DNA from: Nitrospirota bacterium
GTDB lineage: Bacteria; Nitrospirota; UBA9217
Length of the DNA: 64,000 nucleotides
Direction of reading: 5' to 3'
NCBI GenBank assembly: GCA_963751455.1
Contig: CAVVUN010000012.1
Location: 642,458-706,457, forward strand
Under the pieces are notes generated by a model. That model was not told the DNA's origin. It saw nothing but the letters and a program-made list of their open reading frames with translations, and made no database searches. How positions within the stretch are numbered: position 1 is the first letter of the stretch; each line of letters starts with the position of its first letter. Shown here piece by piece: positions 21,068 through 30,617 of the stretch. A program made the translations under genes and the position numbers.

Positions 21068-21433
21068 TCAGCTGCGAGTCGAGTCTTCGAAACCCTTGCA
21101 GCCCGTATCTTCAGCATGTTCTCTTGAATGCGGGTAATTCCGGCAGTGTTTCGGCTTCACATCATGAATAGAACAAATATGCTTATTCTTGCGCGGCAGC
21201 TTTCGTAACCAGGGGCATTTCGTCGCTTCTTCGCCGGTCCTTGGATCGAACCAGAGGTCAGCTGCCAACGTCTCGCCGTCCGCCTGAATAAAAACGACCC
21301 ATTCCAGGATATCGTAACTGCCCTCATTTTGCCATAAAGTTATATCATCAGGATCGGCACAGGTCACAAAAGCGCCGGACACGTTTAAGCAGCAATTTCC
21401 GCATTGTTTGCAGACAAATCCTTCAGGAGGCAT
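21068..21433 (-). CDS. YkgJ-family CxxCxxCC cysteine-cluster protein
   Basis: FVCKQCGNCC; CPWL; CSIHDVKPKHCRNYP. Confidence 0.85.
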   Translation of the reverse strand: MPPEGFVCKQCGNCCLNVSGAFVTCADPDDITLWQNEGSYDILEWVVFIQADGETLAADLWFDPRTGEEATKCPWLRKLPRKNKHICSIHDVKPKHCRNYPHSREHAEDTGCKGFEDSTRS

Positions 21434-21499
21434 GTCTCAGGATTTTCGTTCCTTTCCTTTCCGTTCCGATGGATAGACTTTCGAACTGATCCGTAATGG

Positions 21500-21570
21500 A
21501 ATTAAACGATGCCGATCCGTTCCGCCGGCGTCTTCCGCCGCAGCACGTCCGCCATTGCGTCGTCATAAGC
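21500..21570 (-). pseudogene. Fragment of a small antitoxin-like gene
   Basis: Minus-strand reading YDDAMADVLRRKTPAERIGI resembles small TA-associated proteins; no intact ORF. Confidence 0.35.
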
Positions 21571-21747
21571 TTGAACACTATTATTCACTGGTGTATAGTA
21601 TTGCCAAGCCGCAAGGCTGGTGGTCCTTTACCGATGGTTCAGGACCGCGGCAGCGCCTCAGTAGCCGTCAAGACAGGGGCTTTTTTATTGATTCTTTCCC
21701 CGAGGGGGGACGGGCTGGGTGTAGGGAAAGAAATTCAGATAGGGTTC

Positions 21748-21942
21748 TTACTTTTGCTTTTCTTCAACAACAATATCTTCCGGTTTAATCAGGATGACCT
21801 TGCCGTCACGCCGCGCCGCAACGGGATTCCCGGCTTTTTTGTGCTGCAAAAGAGCCTGCTGTACGGCCTTTTTTAAAGCCTTATCGATTTCCTTGCCCTC
21901 ATGGAAAAGTTCATCAATTGTTTTCTTTTCCGCAACGCTCAT
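21748..21942 (-). CDS. Small putative antitoxin partner of the zeta-toxin-like ATPase
   Basis: IDKALKKAVQQALLQHKKAGNPVAARRDGKVILIKPEDI; start overlaps the corrected stop of the upstream gene (ATGA). Confidence 0.75.
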   Translation of the reverse strand: MSVAEKKTIDELFHEGKEIDKALKKAVQQALLQHKKAGNPVAARRDGKVILIKPEDIVVEEKQK

Positions 21943-22522
21943 ATTGTTCCACCTCTGATCAAACTCCACGTTTTTGGATCGTAAATAGTTTCGCTTATAT
22001 CTTCCCTGCCGTCTGCTACGATGCTCGGCCAGGATGGCTCCGAATATCGTACATCCGCCACGTGTCCGTCAACGGCTGGTACAGCCGGAAGAAGTTCTCG
22101 ATACCCTTATTATACCGCCTCCGAATGGTTTCCTCAGGCACATCATGCCCGCCCATGCGTACGCGCTCGGCAACGCGGGCAACGGCAAAATCCGCGTTCG
22201 GAGCCACAGGAAAACCAGGTGGAAAGTATACCCGCTTTGCTTCAGTTTTGCAATCCAGGGGAAATGATCTGCTCGCCAGCGTCGTCTCAAAGGCGAAATC
22301 AACCCGCTCCTTCGCAAGAAAGTGCAGCCGCTCCAGCATGACCCGGCCCGCATGGAACGCCGCGCTCTCCGGCTGGAACGCGGAGAGCCCCTGGGCAATG
22401 ACGTCGGCATTCACGAACTCCGTCACTCCCAGCGTCCCCTTAAGGAGCATAGGCGCTGTCGTCGATTTCCCGGCCCCGTTCGGCCCGGCAATGACAATGA
22501 CATGGGGATTCTTTTCAGACAA
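21939..22522 (-). pseudogene. Zeta-toxin/AAA_33-like P-loop kinase with three frameshifts
   Basis: IAGPNGAGKST; FVNADVIA; FAFETTLASRS; RVRMGGHDVPEETIRRRY; frame switches near 22260, 22200 and 22045 are needed to read the full protein. Confidence 0.75.
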
Positions 22523-22772
22523 TGGATAGTCCTCTCGAATAATATAACGGCGATTCCGCTTGAAACGGCCAAATGCAAGAGGCAAGACTTGACCCTAAAG
22601 GTCCTCTAAAGGTCCCGAGATGAAAAATTTGAAGTTGTTCTCCCGGACAGGATCGAGAATAACGTATTTTTGCGGAAACGACAAGGGAAAATTCTTCAAC
22701 TCCGGAGTTCGGCGTTCCTAACAAGTCGCGACAGGTCTTCATTGGGAAAGGATACTGGATTGGCGACATTGA

Positions 22773-23079
22773 TCATGGTTCTTTTATCATGTATCCTCGT
22801 TTGCGGCTTTCTGTGTCTGCCCGGTGAGCGGCAATATCTGCGGAAACTCCGGTTACCTTATTGTTAATCTCATGGATCTCGCTTTGCACGCGGTCCAATT
22901 TTTCCGATAAGCATTTGATGCCCTTCGACGGCCAGTTTCGGTTTGTGTTGAAAATCTTCTGAAAGAATGCCGACCTGTACGCGAAAATCTTTCTTTATCT
23001 CTTCTGTAAAACCTGCAATTTCAGCCTTCACGGCCTTACCGATCATTTGCTCAACGCGTTGGAAGTCTTTTCCTTCCAT
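22773..23079 (-). pseudogene. Small coiled-coil hypothetical protein, frameshifted near 22905
   Basis: MEGKDFQRVEQMI...EDFQHK..VEGHQML continues as SEKLDRVQSEI...AHRADTESRKRGYMIKEP* after removing one base. Confidence 0.55.
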
Positions 23080-23174
23080 AGCAGTTGTACCTCGCTTTTT
23101 TGGGGGCTCTGGAATTCGTCTTCTTCAATGAAGCGAGCCTACCGTATTTTGATGAAAGGAGCAAGGGAATTTTC

Positions 23175-23252
23175 GAATGCGGAATTCAGCCTGCACTCGC
23201 GTTTGTACACTCTTAGTCGCTGGCCGCAGGCGGAATGCGTAGTGCGGAATGG
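23175..23252. repeat. 7-nt-periodic element (gcggaat-type)
   Basis: aatgcggaattc ... gcggaat-gcgtagt-gcggaat; related to 44629-44690 and 50972-50995. Confidence 0.5.
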
Positions 23253-23398
23253 TTTATGCCGATGAATGCATTGTCAGTTACGCGATGTAATCTTTACTAA
23301 GCAAAATGCTCCCTAAATCCAGACTTCAGGAAGAACAACACACTGCGATTTACCACCCAAAGATTATTGCCTTTAAGTTGTCCGGATATTAAGAAGCT

Positions 23399-23866
23399 TC
23401 ACCGTTGCCTTGCCAGAAAGGCCTTCGGCGTCAGGGCCTCCATGGAGAGCAGGCCTTTGAAATGCGCAGCGTCCCAGCTTACGAACGAAGCGCGTTCCGG
23501 AAGAGAGTTGTTCACCAGATTCGCTATCAAGGCGTCGCCGAGGCTCGCTTTCCTGCAGAGCAATGTCATAAGGTCATTGATCGACGACGATGGAAAGGGG
23601 GCATCCATATCATGCGATGGAATCACGTCCACGCCAAACTTTTGAGGCAGGTAATAGAACAACTCCTGAAGCTGTCGGGCGTTCAGATTGAAAGACAGTA
23701 TGCCACAAACCTCAAGAAGATTTATGATGCTCGTGACCCCCTTTCCCTCTTCAGCTATGAAATTAAGGAAGTCTCTGTTCGTTGCGAAATTGGAGTCGTT
23801 TTTATACCTGAGTTCTATAATAAAGACATTGGTGTCTATAAAAGTCACCCTCTTTTTCTTGTCCAA
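23399..23866 (-). CDS. PIN-domain (VapC-like) toxin
   Basis: TFIDTNVFI; NLLEV; SLGDALI; FVSWDAAHF. Confidence 0.85.
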   Translation of the reverse strand: MDKKKRVTFIDTNVFIIELRYKNDSNFATNRDFLNFIAEEGKGVTSIINLLEVCGILSFNLNARQLQELFYYLPQKFGVDVIPSHDMDAPFPSSSINDLMTLLCRKASLGDALIANLVNNSLPERASFVSWDAAHFKGLLSMEALTPKAFLARQR

Positions 23867-24105
23867 GACATTGCCTCCCTTGCGGTTGTAAACTTCGGCC
23901 GGCTTTTCTCGAGGGATGCCTCTATATCATCCCAGGCCTTATCAATGGTTCGAAGAGACGCTTTGCCCAACGCGTCCTTCGTGGCCGGTGATATCAACGC
24001 AAACGGCTTTCCGCGCAGCGTCACGACCACCTTTTCCCCCTGTGAGACCGCTCTCATGGCCTCCCCGGTCCTATTCTTGAGATTTTTCGCAGTCATGGTT
24101 TTCAT
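23845..24105 (-). CDS. Phd/YefM-family antitoxin
   Basis: MKTMTAKNLKNRTGEAMRAVSQGEKVVVTLRGKPFALISP; overlaps the PIN gene. Confidence 0.9.
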   Translation of the reverse strand: MKTMTAKNLKNRTGEAMRAVSQGEKVVVTLRGKPFALISPATKDALGKASLRTIDKAWDDIEASLEKSRPKFTTAREAMSWTRKRG

Positions 24106-24122
24106 ATACGCAGCTTCTCCTT

Positions 24123-24170
24123 AAATAGCTATTTTATATCTATTATAGCTATTTAATTTTCTCAAGGCAA
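24123..24170 (-). promoter_or_regulatory. TA promoter with two palindromic operators
   Basis: TTGCCT-17-TATAAT on the minus strand; palindromes AAATAGCTATTT (24123-24134) and ATAGCTAT (24145-24152), the latter overlapping the -10. Confidence 0.6.
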
Positions 24171-24403
24171 GCGCTTTTTAAGTATATGAAATGTCGACAA
24201 TGCTGAATGGGAATTATCGGGATAACGCGAACAATTACTGAATGCAACACAGGAAAGTTTTATGCTCATCGCCACTCGAGAAGACAAAAACTGTCCAGCC
24301 CGATGAGCGAGGAGAAGATTTTAAGCTGACCGGGTAGCGTGGAGATGGTTAAAAGAGAACCGCGGATTGTGGATTGCTGCTACCGGCAGGATTGGACTCG
24401 ACT

Positions 24404-25417
24404 TCATCTTCGGTTGGCGTATTCCTTCTGGACTTCCGGAATAAGCTGCCGGTAATCCTGGTACGGAATTTTCGAATGCCAGTTGCCGGTTGCCATGCCT
24501 ATGCCTATCACCAGATAGAACAGGATGATCATGACAAACGGGAAAAGAAGCGGCTTTATCACAGTCGCCTTTTTGCCGCTGCTTACCATAAGATCGAGCG
24601 CACCTTCGGAAGGGCAACGGCTGACGCATGTGAGGCAGCCGAAGCACTCCTCGGATTTGACAACCGTTTTGCTCGCGACATCGATCTGCGTCGGACAATG
24701 CGTAGTGCAGGCGTTGCAGTGTATGCACTTTTCATCATTGCGCCGGATCTTAAAGGGGCTCAACCGGCTGAGCAAACCTGCAAGCGCGCCGTACGGGCAC
24801 AGGTAGCGGCACCAGAAGTTTTTGTACAGAAGAGAGAGAAATCCGAGCCCGATAAGCACCCACATACTGAGCGTTGTCATCTCGGTAAAAAATTTCATCA
24901 TGCGCACATCGGCCGTCTTGTAATAATCGCCAATAAAGAAAAGCGCAATCATACTGGAGGGCATGGCAATGCCGATTATGAAGAGAAACAGGCCGAGAAG
25001 CACGTATTTGAGGGATCGGAGCGAAACGTCGCCGAAACCCGGGATGCGAAAGTTTCTGCCGATGACCTTTTGTCCGGCCATCCATACGTATTGCGAAACA
25101 GTCCCAATCGGACAGATCCAGCCGCAAAATGACTTTTTTACAAACAGGGAAACCGCGAGAATTGCCGTGAACATAACGAAGCCGGAAGGATGCACCGGTT
25201 CAACAATGCCGGTCAGAAGAAAATATTTGAAGCCCATAAGTCCCCCGATCGGCAGAAAAGCATCTACCGATGGAGGCCTCTGAACAAACGGGTGACCGGG
25301 GGCTTCGAAATGCTGTACAAATCCGTAAAATCTATAGCCGATAAAAAGCGTCAGCAGAAGAAAGACGGCCTGTACTGCATACCGAATGAGTCGGACCGAT
25401 TTTCGGGGATATACCAT
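24404..25417 (-). CDS. Membrane 4Fe-4S polyferredoxin (NapH/YccM-like)
   Basis: FCGWICPIG; WCRYLCPYG; CIHCNACTTHCP; CFGCLTCVSRCP; multiple TM helices. Confidence 0.9.
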   Translation of the reverse strand: MVYPRKSVRLIRYAVQAVFLLLTLFIGYRFYGFVQHFEAPGHPFVQRPPSVDAFLPIGGLMGFKYFLLTGIVEPVHPSGFVMFTAILAVSLFVKKSFCGWICPIGTVSQYVWMAGQKVIGRNFRIPGFGDVSLRSLKYVLLGLFLFIIGIAMPSSMIALFFIGDYYKTADVRMMKFFTEMTTLSMWVLIGLGFLSLLYKNFWCRYLCPYGALAGLLSRLSPFKIRRNDEKCIHCNACTTHCPTQIDVASKTVVKSEECFGCLTCVSRCPSEGALDLMVSSGKKATVIKPLLFPFVMIILFYLVIGIGMATGNWHSKIPYQDYRQLIPEVQKEYANRR

Positions 25418-25450
25418 GCGCTATACTTATACTTCCTGTTTGGAAAATAA

Positions 25451-25466
25451 TATGATATGGATCATA
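25451..25466. promoter_or_regulatory. FNR/CRP-family-like palindrome
   Basis: TATGAT-ATGG-ATCATA upstream of the polyferredoxin gene. Confidence 0.4.
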
Positions 25467-25576
25467 CCTAACCCGGACAAGCCGGAAAAGAGCTGCCACA
25501 GAGGTCACAGGGAACAGAGAAATCTTTTTCGTTTTTTAGTGGTTCTTCCTCTGTGCCCTCTGTGTGCTCTGTGACA
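25465..25576. repeat. MITE/REP-like element with 9-nt-periodic inverted arms
   Basis: Starts with tacctaacccggacaagccggaa (also at 12689-12711, inverted); gccacagaggtcacagggaacagaga ... ctctgtgccctctgtgtgctctgtgac. Confidence 0.7.
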
Positions 25577-25620
25577 AATAATTTTCTTGTCATTTTGGGT
25601 AGAATTTGATTCTTCAGTAA

Positions 25621-25953
25621 TTACCGCTTCACCTTCTCCATCACTCTTACCATTCCCAGCCGTGTTGCAGAAAAACCATGATCGGTCGGCTCTTCCTGCT
25701 TTTTTACCGTATTGAAGAAATCGCAGCGCCAGCAATTAGTCAGCTTTTGTGCGTACGTACCCTGAATTTTACCTCCGCAAAGGGAGCCTGCGATGACCCA
25801 GCACGCTCTGCCCGCGTTCCGGCCTCCGTGCGCTCCATCCAGTTCTGCATGGATAGTTACCGGGCAGACACCCAGTTGCTCGGCTTTTGTACCTCCCGGG
25901 TACCGCCCGCAATTCTTATATTCCCAGCAATTATTTTTTGAAATTTGGTCCAT
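25621..25953 (-). CDS. Stand-alone two-CW domain protein (Cys-rich, probably metal/Fe-S binding)
   Basis: NCWEYKNC; GVCP; GRACWVIAGSLC; NCWRCDFF. Confidence 0.8.
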   Translation of the reverse strand: MDQISKNNCWEYKNCGRYPGGTKAEQLGVCPVTIHAELDGAHGGRNAGRACWVIAGSLCGGKIQGTYAQKLTNCWRCDFFNTVKKQEEPTDHGFSATRLGMVRVMEKVKR

Positions 25954-26180
25954 CTTGAGAAACCCTGCTTTCTTAAAAATCCCGAAAATACGGATGAACA
26001 ATATACATTTTTTCAAACAACGAAGCCAATTTATTCATACTATAGTTTTATAAAATAATCTTATTCAGGTTCTAATTCTCTGTACGACAGCGAACAATGC
26101 CTGCGACGGAGCATTTTTCGTATCCCGGGGCCCCCTGTTTTGGACTTTGCAATGATTCTAAGAGTATGCTATTTTTGACT

Positions 26181-27563
26181 ATGTCCTCCGATGACTTGAA
26201 TAATTTCTTCTACCCTCGTACGGTGGCACTGATCGGAGCAACAGACAAACCGGCAAAACCGGGGAGAGCGATTTTAGAGAACCTTGACCAGTTCAACGGG
26301 GTCGTCTATCCAGTCAACCCGAAACACAGCATGCTTCTGGGTCACCGCTGCTTTGCCTCTGTTAAGGATATCCCTGACAAAATCGATCTTGCAGTGATTG
26401 CCCTGCCCGCGCCTCTCGTTGAGGCGGAGATAGGGGCGCTTGCGGCAACGGGCGTCAGAAAGGTGATCATTATCAGCTCCGGTTTCTCTGAAGCGGGTGC
26501 TGCCGGAGTTCCGATGCAAAAACGGATCGCCGAAATCATAAAACGGTCCGGGATGCGTGTAGTCGGGCCGAATGCCCTGGGTATCTATAATTCGGAAAAC
26601 GGCCTGGACACTTTTTTTGTCTCTCGCGAGCGGGTTTCAAGGCCGCTTGGCGGTAGGATTTCCATTGTATCTCAAAGCGGCGCGATTACCGTGATCCTTA
26701 TGGAGGCCTTGTCCAGGGACGGGATCGGCATAGCGAAGGCGGTGAACTACGGCAATAGGGTGGACGTGGATGACGCTGACTGCCTCGAGTATCTTGCAGC
26801 CGATCCTCAGACCGGCGCCGTCGCAATGTACATTGAATCCGTGGCCAATGGCGGAAAATTCCTGCGCGCGGCAAAAAATTTCGCAGCAAAAAAACCGATG
26901 GTCATCTGGAAAGCGGGGAAATTCGAAACCGGAGCCGCTGCCGTTTCCTCGCATACGGCAACCCTTGCGGGAAGGTACGGCCTTTACCAGGCGGCCATCC
27001 AACAGGCCGGCGCGGTTGAGGCTTTTAATTTCGACCATATGATCGACTCCGCCAAGGCATTGGCCATCATGGATTACCCCTGTATCGGCAACAGGCTTCT
27101 TGTCGTCACGAACGGCGGCGGCATGGCTGTTGCAGCCGCGGACGAGGCAAGCAATGAAGGCTTCGAAATGCCCCGTATCCCGGACCGGGTGGCGGAACGT
27201 CTGAAGCAGGCATTCCTGCCTTTTTTCATAACCGTCAATCCGATCGACATAACCGGCAGTGGAAGAAACGAAGATTATCTGACTGCGCTGACCGAAGCGC
27301 TTCCGTACTACGACGCTGCGGTCGTAATCGTGCTGATGGGCGCAACAACCGTCACCGAAGCGGTGACCGAATTGATCGCCCGGGCATGCCATCAGGCGCG
27401 CAAACCGGTCACGTGCTGTATGCTCCAGGGCCTGGGGTACACGCGCGAAGCAATGTCGCTGCTGTTTAAACTCGGTATCCCGGTATACCCCTCGCCCGAA
27501 AGGGCAGTAAGGGCGTTGTCAGCGCTCAGGAAGGTTTCGTGCAGGAATATAAAGACGGAATAA
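26181..27563 (+). CDS. ADP-forming acetate/acyl-CoA ligase, alpha (CoA-binding) subunit
   Basis: FFYPRTVALIGA; YPVNP; SSGFSE; VGPNALG; SQSGA; SSHTATLAG phospho-His; TNGGG; NPIDITG. Confidence 0.9.
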   Translation: MSSDDLNNFFYPRTVALIGATDKPAKPGRAILENLDQFNGVVYPVNPKHSMLLGHRCFASVKDIPDKIDLAVIALPAPLVEAEIGALAATGVRKVIIISSGFSEAGAAGVPMQKRIAEIIKRSGMRVVGPNALGIYNSENGLDTFFVSRERVSRPLGGRISIVSQSGAITVILMEALSRDGIGIAKAVNYGNRVDVDDADCLEYLAADPQTGAVAMYIESVANGGKFLRAAKNFAAKKPMVIWKAGKFETGAAAVSSHTATLAGRYGLYQAAIQQAGAVEAFNFDHMIDSAKALAIMDYPCIGNRLLVVTNGGGMAVAAADEASNEGFEMPRIPDRVAERLKQAFLPFFITVNPIDITGSGRNEDYLTALTEALPYYDAAVVIVLMGATTVTEAVTELIARACHQARKPVTCCMLQGLGYTREAMSLLFKLGIPVYPSPERAVRALSALRKVSCRNIKTE

Positions 27564-27574
27564 TTCAGGTCTTA

Positions 27575-27680
27575 CCGCGGGCGCAGAGAACGACACTGAA
27601 AAACAAATGTTTCCGGAAGTTGGGGCGAGAGAAACAATTAAGAATTTTTGAGAATTTTGTGCATCTTTGCGTCCGGAGAC
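27575..27680. repeat. Degenerate 9-nt-periodic palindromic element between the ligase subunits
   Basis: ccgcgggcgcagagaacgacactga ... ttttgtgcatctttgcgtcc. Confidence 0.4.
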
Positions 27681-27692
27681 TATTACAATGCT

Positions 27693-28394
27693 ATGAATCC
27701 AGCTGATCTCATACAATCCGCAGTCCAGCAAGGCAGAACCGCTCTCCTGGAGCATGAAGCGAGGGAACTGGTTCGCTCTGTGGGGATCATCACGGCCAAA
27801 TACGAGCTGGCCGCGCCGGAAGACGATGCTGCAATTATGGCTGCAGCGGGCAGGCTGGGGTTCCCGATAGCGCTTAAGGCAGTGTCGCCGGGGATTTTGC
27901 ATAAAACTGAAGCGGGAGCAGTCTTGCTCGACATCAAGACGCCCGTCGAACTGGCAACAGCGGTGAAACAGATTAAACTGAATGTGCCAGCACGTGCGGC
28001 GGGAGCATCAATCAGCTTCTTTTTGATAGAAAAGATGATGCCAGCCGGTCCTGAGTTTCTGATCGGGGGTCTTCGGGACGAGCAGTTCGGCCCCGCTGTC
28101 GCTTTTGGATTGGGAGGGATTCTTGCAGAGGCGCTCAAGGATGTTGTCTTCGGCATCCTTCCGCTCAACGATATCGACTGTATCGCGATGATCGACCGAA
28201 CACGGGCGGGTGTGCTGTTCAAGGGATTCAGGGGAGTTGCCGCGCTGGACCGGACGCCCGTACTGTCCCTCATGACCGCCGTAGGCCGTCTGATGATTGA
28301 CTACCCGGAGATACGCGAGATCGACCTAAACCCTGTTCGCATTTACGGACGGGGAGCTGCGGCGCTCGACGTGAGGGTCCTGATCAGGGCATAA
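27693..28394 (+). CDS. ADP-forming acetate/acyl-CoA ligase, beta (ATP-grasp) subunit
   Basis: LLEHEAREL; GFPIALK; LHKTEAGAV; DEQFGPAVAFGLGG; EIDLNPV; ALDVR. Confidence 0.9.
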   Translation: MNPADLIQSAVQQGRTALLEHEARELVRSVGIITAKYELAAPEDDAAIMAAAGRLGFPIALKAVSPGILHKTEAGAVLLDIKTPVELATAVKQIKLNVPARAAGASISFFLIEKMMPAGPEFLIGGLRDEQFGPAVAFGLGGILAEALKDVVFGILPLNDIDCIAMIDRTRAGVLFKGFRGVAALDRTPVLSLMTAVGRLMIDYPEIREIDLNPVRIYGRGAAALDVRVLIRA

Positions 28395-28729
28395 TCCACT
28401 TCCGTAATCAGGAAAACCGCAATTCGCGAAATAACCGTTCACCCACAAGACGCAGGCCCTTTACCCCGAGGTCGAGCATCGTCTCTTCCCTGAGCGATGG
28501 TGCAGACCCGATGTCCAGAATGCTTTTACGCGATAAATAAATCATAAGACTGATGGTCATTTTATAACAGTTCAAATATTGAATTTGTGCAAACTAAAGA
28601 AGCAAAAGAAATTTGTCTATAATTGATATTTATCGCGACAATTTGCAAACATGACAACTGTGTGCTATTAATTAAATTATGAGTTCCGGTTCGATGAACC
28701 TCAAGTAACATCCGGAAAGGAGAAAAACA

Positions 28730-29389
28730 ATGAAACGACTCAGTATCGCATTCGCGATAGTATTGATAGCTTCTGCGGCTTCAGTCGGAATTGCTGCAGT
28801 AAGCAGCCATGTTGCAAGTTCATATAAGGCGGATTTGTCAGGGGCTAAGGTGCCTCCGGTTGCAACACGGGCAACGGGCGAGGCCACCTTTGAACTGGTC
28901 CAGATGGGCACGGCAGGCGCTGGTACAGGCGGAGTTAGTCCTAGCGGCAAAGATCCCCTTGCAGCTGATAGGGACATGGGCTATGTGGGTCCCGGTATAG
29001 ATGACTATCCCTATGAAGGAATAATCGACCGGGGTAGAGAGGAGTATGGATACGGCGCCGGTGGTACGACAGCTGGCGAGTCTTTGCGGTATAGACTGAA
29101 CGTCAAGAAAATAGAGAATGTGACAGCGGCGCACCTGCACATGGGCGGTGCAACTTCGGCTGAAGGACCAGTGGTAGCTTCGTTATATCTTGGTCCCAGA
29201 AAGGGTGGTCAATACAGCGGCTTGTTGGCACAGGGAACGATAACCGAAAAAGATTTGCAGGGACCGTTAAGCGGAAAGTCGCTTGATGACCTTGTAGCGG
29301 CAATCAAAGCCGGCGACATCTATGTCAATGTTCACACAGCAAAACATCCTGAAGGAGAAATTCGAGGCCAGGTTGAGCAAAAAGGGTAG
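28730..29389 (+). CDS. Secreted CHRD-domain protein
   Basis: Signal peptide; LSGAKVPPVATRATGEATF; VTAAHLHMG; GPVVASL; IYVNVHTAKHPEGEIRGQV. Confidence 0.9.
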   Translation: MKRLSIAFAIVLIASAASVGIAAVSSHVASSYKADLSGAKVPPVATRATGEATFELVQMGTAGAGTGGVSPSGKDPLAADRDMGYVGPGIDDYPYEGIIDRGREEYGYGAGGTTAGESLRYRLNVKKIENVTAAHLHMGGATSAEGPVVASLYLGPRKGGQYSGLLAQGTITEKDLQGPLSGKSLDDLVAAIKAGDIYVNVHTAKHPEGEIRGQVEQKG

Positions 29390-29416
29390 AGAGAGTTTTA
29401 TTTTAGAATTGTGACG

Positions 29417-29447
29417 AGGAGCCGTTTATCGCGGCTCCTCTTTTTTT
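29417..29447 (+). terminator. Rho-independent terminator
   Basis: gaggagccg-tttatcg-cggctcctc hairpin followed by a T-run. Confidence 0.8.
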
Positions 29448-29480
29448 ATCCCAAATCTCCGTTTGGTTTTTCCGGCCTGG

Positions 29481-30617
29481 CTATATTTTCCGCACAAGTT
29501 CAATGACGGTAACTTCCGGCGGCGAAAGAAACCTGACGGGCGGTCCCCAGGTTCCGGAGCCCCTGCTGACATACAGAACCGAGCCTGACGAAAGCTGGAA
29601 GCGGCCGTTATTCATAGGATATGCAAGCTTGCTGATATACGTGAACGGAAAGATCTGACCCCGGTGAGTGTGTCCTGAGAGTTGAAGATCGAACAGGTTC
29701 GCGGAATCCGGATCGACCGAAGGACGGTGTTTGAGAAGGAGCGTAAACCGGTTTTTGGGCAGGCCGGTAAGAAGTGCAATTTCGGATTTTTTCTCGTCCA
29801 TATGCAGCTGTAGGCCGGTAGGATCGTCCACGCCGATGATATTGATAACTCCGTTGCTGACTGCTTCCCCGCGAAGCAGTGTAAAGCCGGCGTGCTTCGT
29901 GAACTCGAGCGCCTGTTTTAGTCCCGCGTAATATTCGTGGTTGCCGGTAATCGCATAGTTTCCGTATGGCGCGCGCACCTGCAGCAGCAAGTCGCTCATT
30001 CCCGTCATCCTGTTTATCTGTGCATCCACAAGATCTCCCGTGGATACGAAAATGTCGGGCTTCTCCGCTTTCACGATCTCCATGATTCTGCTGAGTCGTT
30101 CGCCCCGGACAATAAGACCGAGGTGCACGTCCGAGATCTGCACGATTTTAAGCCGTTTGACACCTGCAGGCAGTTTTGCTGTCTCGATCGTCACGCGCTC
30201 GGTTTGGATATCAAGTGCCTCGAAATAGCCATGGATGCAAATGGCCAGGGAAAGCACAACAGCGACCAGGAACGATAATTTCGACGAAAATGTAAATGAG
30301 AGGTGAGAACTCCTGCTGATCAACCCTGCGACGTGCGCCGCGAGGTTGGCAGCCTGGAGCACGAGCGAGATGCAGAAATACAGGAATAAAACAGCCATCC
30401 AGCAATACGCGATATACGAAAATATACGTGCTGGGAGTTCATAATCATGCCGCTCGAGCAGGCGGACAAGAAAGGGCGCGAAAGTCATCAACAGCATATA
30501 CAGCGCAAGCGGGATACCGGCGGCCGCGCCGAACCCGAGTGCTGCCCGGGCCTGAAAAAATGCGTACACATGCATCCCGCCGTAAATGCTGAAGATGATC
30601 AGAAAAAAAATGCTCAT
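29481..30617 (-). CDS. Membrane-anchored metallophosphoesterase (YkuE-like)
   Basis: QISDVHLG; TGDLVD; GNHEYY; LKHRP; LSGHTHRGQ; YVSRGSG. Confidence 0.92.
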   Translation of the reverse strand: MSIFFLIIFSIYGGMHVYAFFQARAALGFGAAAGIPLALYMLLMTFAPFLVRLLERHDYELPARIFSYIAYCWMAVLFLYFCISLVLQAANLAAHVAGLISRSSHLSFTFSSKLSFLVAVVLSLAICIHGYFEALDIQTERVTIETAKLPAGVKRLKIVQISDVHLGLIVRGERLSRIMEIVKAEKPDIFVSTGDLVDAQINRMTGMSDLLLQVRAPYGNYAITGNHEYYAGLKQALEFTKHAGFTLLRGEAVSNGVINIIGVDDPTGLQLHMDEKKSEIALLTGLPKNRFTLLLKHRPSVDPDSANLFDLQLSGHTHRGQIFPFTYISKLAYPMNNGRFQLSSGSVLYVSRGSGTWGPPVRFLSPPEVTVIELVRKI

